From: Candidatus Latescibacterota bacterium
Lineage (GTDB): Bacteria; Latescibacterota; UBA2968; UBA8231
Assembly (NCBI GenBank): GCA_965242865.1
Contig: CBDETK010000013.1
Span: forward strand, 32,001 to 96,000
DNA: 64,000 nucleotides
Reading direction: 5' to 3'
The position numbers and the translations under genes are program-made. The notes under the pieces are model-generated. The model was not told the origin of the DNA. It did not search any database and worked only from the letters and a program-made list of their open reading frames with translations. Below, piece by piece: positions 59,901-64,000 of the stretch. How positions within the stretch are numbered: the stretch's first letter is position 1; each line of letters opens with the position of its first letter.

Positions 59901-61098
59901 GCAGGGGATGCTCCTCAAAGTAGGACTTGATGTACTTGAACATCCGGGTGTTGGGCAGTGGATTCTCTTCGCTCGTGGCCGCGTGAAAGACTTCTACGGT
60001 GGAGGCGGTGGCCTGCGCGGCCGCGGCCAGCACGGTATTGACGACGATGTCCACGGGCACCAAGTCCATGGGCGCGCCCACGGCGGCCGGGAAGTCCGGG
60101 ACGATCCCCCGGCCATAGGCTACCACCAGCGGGTCGGTCACCTTGAGGCCGTGGATCCAGCCCGGGTGCGGGTCTTGGAGCGCGCCTTCGGTGACGCTGG
60201 GGCGCACGATGGCTAGGGGCACTGGGCCGCGGTGCTTGACGAGCAATTGTTCGCCCATGGCCTTGGTAAAAGTGTACACGTCGTTCCAGCCGTACTGCCG
60301 CGCTCGGCGCATCCCTTCCTCGACCAGCTTGCGCTCGGTCCAGCGGCGACAGCGGTCGTCGATCAGCTTTTGCAGGCGGCTGTCCGACAGCGTCCGGCGG
60401 TGGCTTTGCTCCACGATCTCGCGGCGGAACGCCTGCTGTTGCTCGGCACTGTGCGCTTGGGCGCGGATGCCTTGGCACACGGCTTGGGCTTGGGCGATCT
60501 CTTCTTCGGGGACGAACGGTGGCGCCGGGGCGCGGCCGTCGATTAGGTCCTGAATCGTGCGATCAATCGGCAGGGTTCGCTCGGGGACGGTGCCGGTGAG
60601 GCGCCCGTTGACGTACGCGGTGGATACGTGGACTAGGACGGGGTTTTTGCGGCCTTCGCGGGCCAGTCGCAAAAGCTCCTGCGGGGCCAAGGTGTTGAAT
60701 TGGATCGCCGAATCGAGCGGCTCGTCAAAGGTGACGCTGGCCGCATTGCCGATGATGAGGTCCACTTCCGCGAGCAGCTCGTCGCGGGCCGCTTCGTCTA
60801 GCCCAAGGCCCGGTTGCTGCATATCGCAGGCCAGGGCGCGCACCTTTTGCCGCGCGGCCGCAAAGGCGGCGGGGTCTTCGCGGCGGAAGCGGTCAAAGAC
60901 GACCAACTTAAAAAGCTCGTCTAGCCGCTCCTCTACGGGCCGCACAGTGCCACCCGGCCCCCGACCGGGCCGCAATGCGAGGTACAAGCGCCGCACCCCG
61001 GGCAAATAGCGCAGGATCTTGGCCGTCAGCCCCTGCCCGTAAAACCCGGTGCCCCCGGTCAGCAACACAGTGCGGTCTTGGTAAAATTCTCTGATCAT
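56911..61098 (-). CDS. Multidomain lipid-biosynthesis enzyme: fatty acyl reductase + adenylation + ACP + acyltransferase (ElbD-like)
   Basis: FAR (TGGTGFYG, HVSTAYV, YTFTK), A-domain (GYGLSE, GWLHTGDLG), ACP (LDSLM), PlsC-type (NHASHLD, FPEGTRS). Confidence 0.85.
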   Translation of the reverse strand: MIREFYQDRTVLLTGGTGFYGQGLTAKILRYLPGVRRLYLALRPGRGPGGTVRPVEERLDELFKLVVFDRFRREDPAAFAAARQKVRALACDMQQPGLGLDEAARDELLAEVDLIIGNAASVTFDEPLDSAIQFNTLAPQELLRLAREGRKNPVLVHVSTAYVNGRLTGTVPERTLPIDRTIQDLIDGRAPAPPFVPEEEIAQAQAVCQGIRAQAHSAEQQQAFRREIVEQSHRRTLSDSRLQKLIDDRCRRWTERKLVEEGMRRARQYGWNDVYTFTKAMGEQLLVKHRGPVPLAIVRPSVTEGALQDPHPGWIHGLKVTDPLVVAYGRGIVPDFPAAVGAPMDLVPVDIVVNTVLAAAAQATASTVEVFHAATSEENPLPNTRMFKYIKSYFEEHPLLNKDGSRPELADWTFPPVARFQRVFNWKYLYPLELRQKLYEYLPDRWASAQKKRRLAALKTRLKRVQYFTDLFSPYTTLDCRYETKRMLALYESLPPEEQRLFNMDVRRIDWYQYYQKTHLPGLRRHELGGAADQEPLSAAPGEVGGEEQRWRIEESIRTIPDLLRWACGRYAARTALQIERRSGWTRVSYDELLARAERVARSWRTQGVSAGERVLLCGDNGPEWVVAYMAASLLGLAVVPIGPQTREQDIWRLGDFVQARALIATEKRFSQLSPEGVAAHREMAFFNVDCNGLPFGCAPEPAAGEGRGKLPKVDPAAPASILFTSVVEPRGVVLSHRNLISNVLAQGEVLRIYESDRILSTLPLHQALEFTGGLLLPLLGGATITYLEAVNSREMLRALRDTGATVLLTAPRLLRVLVERVERLGAEATPGLAALRRVVSVGAPLSDDLIAAYERLGVAICPGYGLSEAASVVAVNTPKQGKARSVGPVLPGQQVQIAAPDERGVGEVLVRGPNVMEGYFSQDDLTQAVLRDGWLHTGDLGHLDDDGYLFVEGRSKALIVNGAGHNVYPHEVEALYRGLPHVTELCVVGVPSARTGGEELHGVAVLDRDAEAVEDLRPAIQARSYEIARTVPSHHRIQCLHFWTRPLPRLDDGAVDRQALLAAIECADCPGPGLPEWERAVQRQIGLLAGLSTGEVAAHIDAPLDTLLDSLMAVELAAWLGQRLGTPVDGLLRPQDTLRRVLARLEAHLRDGVDWAVEPSPAYWSGVLRAEPSVEPESEAGKKMLQEILWETGGPLFRRFFDFRAGGLEHLPQDRPYLIAANHASHLDGACVYAAVRSRVEHLNIATSEHSLADSEVRLFLSTFANAVPFDGRGDFAAGLVRARQLVGVRRPLLIFPEGTRSVNGQLQSFKAGVGLLAYELDAPVVPLHIAGTGEALPKGTRKPVRHPLRLLFGPPLETSAFKGCVEPLSPYEMYYEIAAALKRQIEALGRKNI

Positions 61099-61471
61099 GG
61101 CGGCAGCGAACAAAAGCCCCATCCCGTGCAGGATAGGGCTTAGATTGGCGTTGTAATATAGAGAGCGGGACGACCTGCCACAAGGCGGCTCATTGGGGGG
61201 GACGCCTCGGCTGACGCCCTTTGGCGTCGCGCCGATTTTGGGCGAGCCCCTGCTTGGTGATATAGGGGTGTTCGACCTGCTTTTCCAGCTCGCGCCGCCG
61301 GTCGGCCCAGTCGATGTCTCGTTTTCGCTTGGCCATGGTTTGACCTTATCTTCGATACCGTACTACGCGACACCAGCCGCCCGCCTGCCAAGGATCGAAG
61401 GCGGGACGCAAGTACGGGTCGCGTACGCAACGCAATCTACGCCCTAGGACGCTCACGGGACAACCCAAGCC

Positions 61472-62377
61472 ATGTCCAACCACTCGGTTTTGATCGCCAA
61501 TCCAACGGCCGGCCGCGCCCGCGCCCAGCGGCTTGCCGAGCAAGCGGCCTTAGCGCTGCAAGACGCCGGGTACGCGGTCGAGTTGCGGTACACGCGGGCC
61601 AAGGGGCACGCAACCGAGCTGGCGCAGCAGGCCGTGGGCGAGGGCGCGGAGCGGCTCGTGGTCTGCGGCGGCGACGGCACCATCGGCGAGACGCTCGCCC
61701 CCCTCGCGGGTGCGCCCACGGCCTTGGGGTTGCTGCCCTGCGGCACGTGCAACGACTTGGCCCGCGCTCTGGCGGTGCCGCTGCGGGCGGAAGCGGCCAT
61801 TGGCAACCTGCTGGGCGGCGAGGTGCGGGCCATCGACTTGGGGCGGGCCGGCGACCGCTTTTTTGCTACCATCGCGGCCTTTGGCTTTGACGCCGAAGTC
61901 AACGGCCGCATGGAACGCGCCCAAGGGCCGCTGTCCGGGCGAGTTCGCTACGTCTTGGAAGCACTGCGGCACCTCGTGCGCTACCAGCCCGTGCGGGTCC
62001 GGCTGTGCGGCGATTTCGGGGACATGGAGCGCGAGGTGCTGCAAGTATCCATTGCCAACGCGCCGAACTATGGCGGCAATTTGCGCGTGGCCCCCCATGC
62101 CGATCTCAGCGACGGCCTCTTCGACGTGGTCGTCGTCAATGCGGTGTCGCGACCGGCGGTCCTGTCGCTGATGCTCCGCCTCTTTTGGCAGGGGCACCTC
62201 CGCCATCCAGCGGTGCGCGTCGAGCGCACGACCCGCCTCGGGCTGCACACGGCCGAGCCGCACCGCGTGTACGCGGATGGCGACTTGTTGGGACAGACGC
62301 CCCTCGCGCTAAAAATCAGCCCGGCGGCCCTGCGGGTGGTGGTGCCAAGTTCTTGTCCGCAAGGGGTGCGTTGCTGA
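61472..62377 (+). CDS. Diacylglycerol/lipid kinase (YegS/DagK family)
   Basis: NPTAG, GGDGT, PCGTCNDLAR, YGG, DGLFDV, ADGD. Confidence 0.92.
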   Translation: MSNHSVLIANPTAGRARAQRLAEQAALALQDAGYAVELRYTRAKGHATELAQQAVGEGAERLVVCGGDGTIGETLAPLAGAPTALGLLPCGTCNDLARALAVPLRAEAAIGNLLGGEVRAIDLGRAGDRFFATIAAFGFDAEVNGRMERAQGPLSGRVRYVLEALRHLVRYQPVRVRLCGDFGDMEREVLQVSIANAPNYGGNLRVAPHADLSDGLFDVVVVNAVSRPAVLSLMLRLFWQGHLRHPAVRVERTTRLGLHTAEPHRVYADGDLLGQTPLALKISPAALRVVVPSSCPQGVRC

Positions 62378-62439
62378 TATTGCCCTAAGACGCGATCTTA
62401 ACACTAGGGTTTCGGTCTCTGATTCGGCTTGGTCCTTTG

Positions 62440-62466
62440 CTGGATTCCCGCGTTCGCGGGAATGAC
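62440..62466. repeat. Single dRS3/RPE-like palindromic REP element
   Basis: CTGGATTCCCGCGTTCGCGGGAATGAC (ATTCCC-N8-GGGAAT), lying between 12-bp direct repeats CTAAGACGCGAT at 62385 and 62520. Confidence 0.75.
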
Positions 62467-62576
62467 CGTACGAGTCGTCATGCAATAGGCCAAAAGCAAC
62501 ATGAGTTTTAAGAACGCTTCTAAGACGCGATTCGCCGAACTAGTGCCTAATTCCACCATGAACGACTAGTTTTCTT

Positions 62577-63554
62577 ATGGCTACCCGAGCCCAGCAAATC
62601 CGCCTCGGCCTCTTCTTCTTGGTTTCGCTCGCGGTCCTCGCGGTCTTTTTCGTCGTCGTCGCCGGCAGCCATCTCCTGAGCCAGCGCGACACCTACTACA
62701 TCGAGTCCAATTCGCCCGTCAGCGGCCTCAACAAGGGCGCGGACGTCAAGTACTTGGGCTTTAGCATTGGCCGCGTCGAGGACATCGCGATTGCACCGGA
62801 CGACCTCGCCACCGTGGTCGTGGAGATTTCGGTCGAGCGGCGGCTAGCGGAAAACGCCATCCGCACCGACACGCAAGCGCGCATCGCCTCGCTGGGGATC
62901 ACCGGCCTGAAGTACATCGAGCTTTTGGGGGGCCGCAACGACGCCCCGGTCCTCGCTCCGGGATCCAAAATTGCCGCGGGCGAGACCTTTTTTAGCAGCA
63001 TGCAGGAGCGCGCCGAAGTGCTCAGCACCAAGGTTGAACGAGCCGTTGACAACCTAAACGCGCTCCTCAGCAGCGAAAACCAGCGCACCTTCATCGACCT
63101 ACTGGGCAACGCGGGCGAGCTGCTGGCCACGGCCAACGCGCTGGTCGCAGACAATCGCGCCGCACTCGACGAGACCGCGGCCAATATGGTCGTCACCAGC
63201 CGCTCGCTGGTCGCGGCCAGCGCGGCGTTGGCCGCGACCGCGGATTCCCTGCACGCCTTGCTCATGGGCGCGAAGCTGCAACAAACGGCCGACGACCTGC
63301 AAGGGACGATGCACGCGCTGCGCCAACAGATGGACGGCCCGGTCCCCCTGCTCGTCGCCCGGCTAGACACCGTGATAAGCCACATCGACCAGACCTTTGT
63401 GGGCATCGATCAGACGGTGGGAGCCAGCCGGCAGAACATCCTGCGCGCCATGCAGGAATTGGAGGAAACCTTGCAGAACATCCGCGAAACCACCGAACTC
63501 ATCCGCGAGAACCCCGCGGTACTCATCCGAGGTCGCAGTGGCGCGTCCCAATAG
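62577..63554 (+). CDS. MlaD/MCE family protein
   Basis: N-terminal TM, VSGLNKGADVKYLG..IGRV, GITGLKYIEL, helical C-terminus ending ENPAVLIRG. Confidence 0.9.
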   Translation: MATRAQQIRLGLFFLVSLAVLAVFFVVVAGSHLLSQRDTYYIESNSPVSGLNKGADVKYLGFSIGRVEDIAIAPDDLATVVVEISVERRLAENAIRTDTQARIASLGITGLKYIELLGGRNDAPVLAPGSKIAAGETFFSSMQERAEVLSTKVERAVDNLNALLSSENQRTFIDLLGNAGELLATANALVADNRAALDETAANMVVTSRSLVAASAALAATADSLHALLMGAKLQQTADDLQGTMHALRQQMDGPVPLLVARLDTVISHIDQTFVGIDQTVGASRQNILRAMQELEETLQNIRETTELIRENPAVLIRGRSGASQ

Positions 63555-64000
63555 CCGAGTGGGCCGCTGCGGCCCAGCCCTCGTTTTGGTCGCGCTGCTG
63601 TCCGGTTGCGCCCAACTGCTCGGCGGCGACACCAAGTTGCCGCAACGGCGCTACTTTAAGTTGCCGCTCGAACCCTTGCGCGGCAGCGTGGAAGGGTCCG
63701 AGCGGCCGTACCCGTTCCAAGTGCAGGTCAAGGGCTTTGAGATGCCCCGCGCGTACGACCGCACCCACATCATCCGCCGCCGCGACCAGTACGAGCTACA
63801 GCGCGACCATCTCCACCACTGGATGGAGCGCCCCAGCGACATGATTACCGACGCGGTCAAGCAATACTTGCGCCAAGCCGACCTCTTTACCTACGTCGGC
63901 GGGGACCGCGACTTTTTCGAGCGCCGCCCGGATTACGTGCTCAACGGCGCGGTCAAAGCCATTGAGCGCTTTGACAGCGGCGACCTGTGGGCGGCCCATC
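63538..64000 (+). CDS. ABC-type transport auxiliary lipoprotein (PqiC-like), 3' truncated by window edge
   Basis: Not in the ORF track because it has no stop in the window. GTG at 63538, lipobox LSGC, 'WMERPSDMI', 'DYVLNGAVKAIE'. Confidence 0.8.
   Translation, partial: MARPNSRVGRCGPALVLVALLSGCAQLLGGDTKLPQRRYFKLPLEPLRGSVEGSERPYPFQVQVKGFEMPRAYDRTHIIRRRDQYELQRDHLHHWMERPSDMITDAVKQYLRQADLFTYVGGDRDFFERRPDYVLNGAVKAIERFDSGDLWAAH

Overview
High-GC bacterial window. It is probably from an FCB-group (Latescibacterota-like) organism; this is inferred from the FlgD-like/TPNGDG-type C-termini, an 'SWGRIK' tail and the PhyH/DUF6785-like genes. There are four blocks. (1) 1-17.7 kb: a co-directional cell-surface/export cluster with a PPIase chaperone, three large paralogous secreted proteins ending in TPNGDGxND/FlgD-Ig domains, two ~890-aa paralogous putative outer-membrane proteins, a GT-C-like/TPR protein, and two apparently inserted genes. 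(2) 17.7-30.0 kb: a convergent tandem array of six mosaic GT-C (ArnT/PMT-like) membrane glycosyltransferase paralogs sharing an unnamed C-terminal domain and hypervariable loops. (3) 30-40 kb: metabolic and transport genes, gene debris, orphan antitoxins, REP-like arrays and a Fic protein, followed at 40.5-53.9 kb by a lower-GC defence island. The island holds a Dsr1-like SIR2, a frameshifted Dsr2-like SIR2, a MAD3/MAD4-like pair, an MmeI-like methyltransferase/RM fusion and a second AAA ATPase with a deleted partner, plus duplicated 3' tails of resident genes. (4) 54-64 kb: SDR, flavin oxidoreductase, lgt, an ElbD-like FAR-A-ACP-acyltransferase megaenzyme with a degenerate adenylation domain, a lipid kinase, MlaD and a lipoprotein. 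No rRNA, tRNA, CRISPR array, integrase or transposase was recognised. All family calls come from reading motifs by eye, not from database searches.
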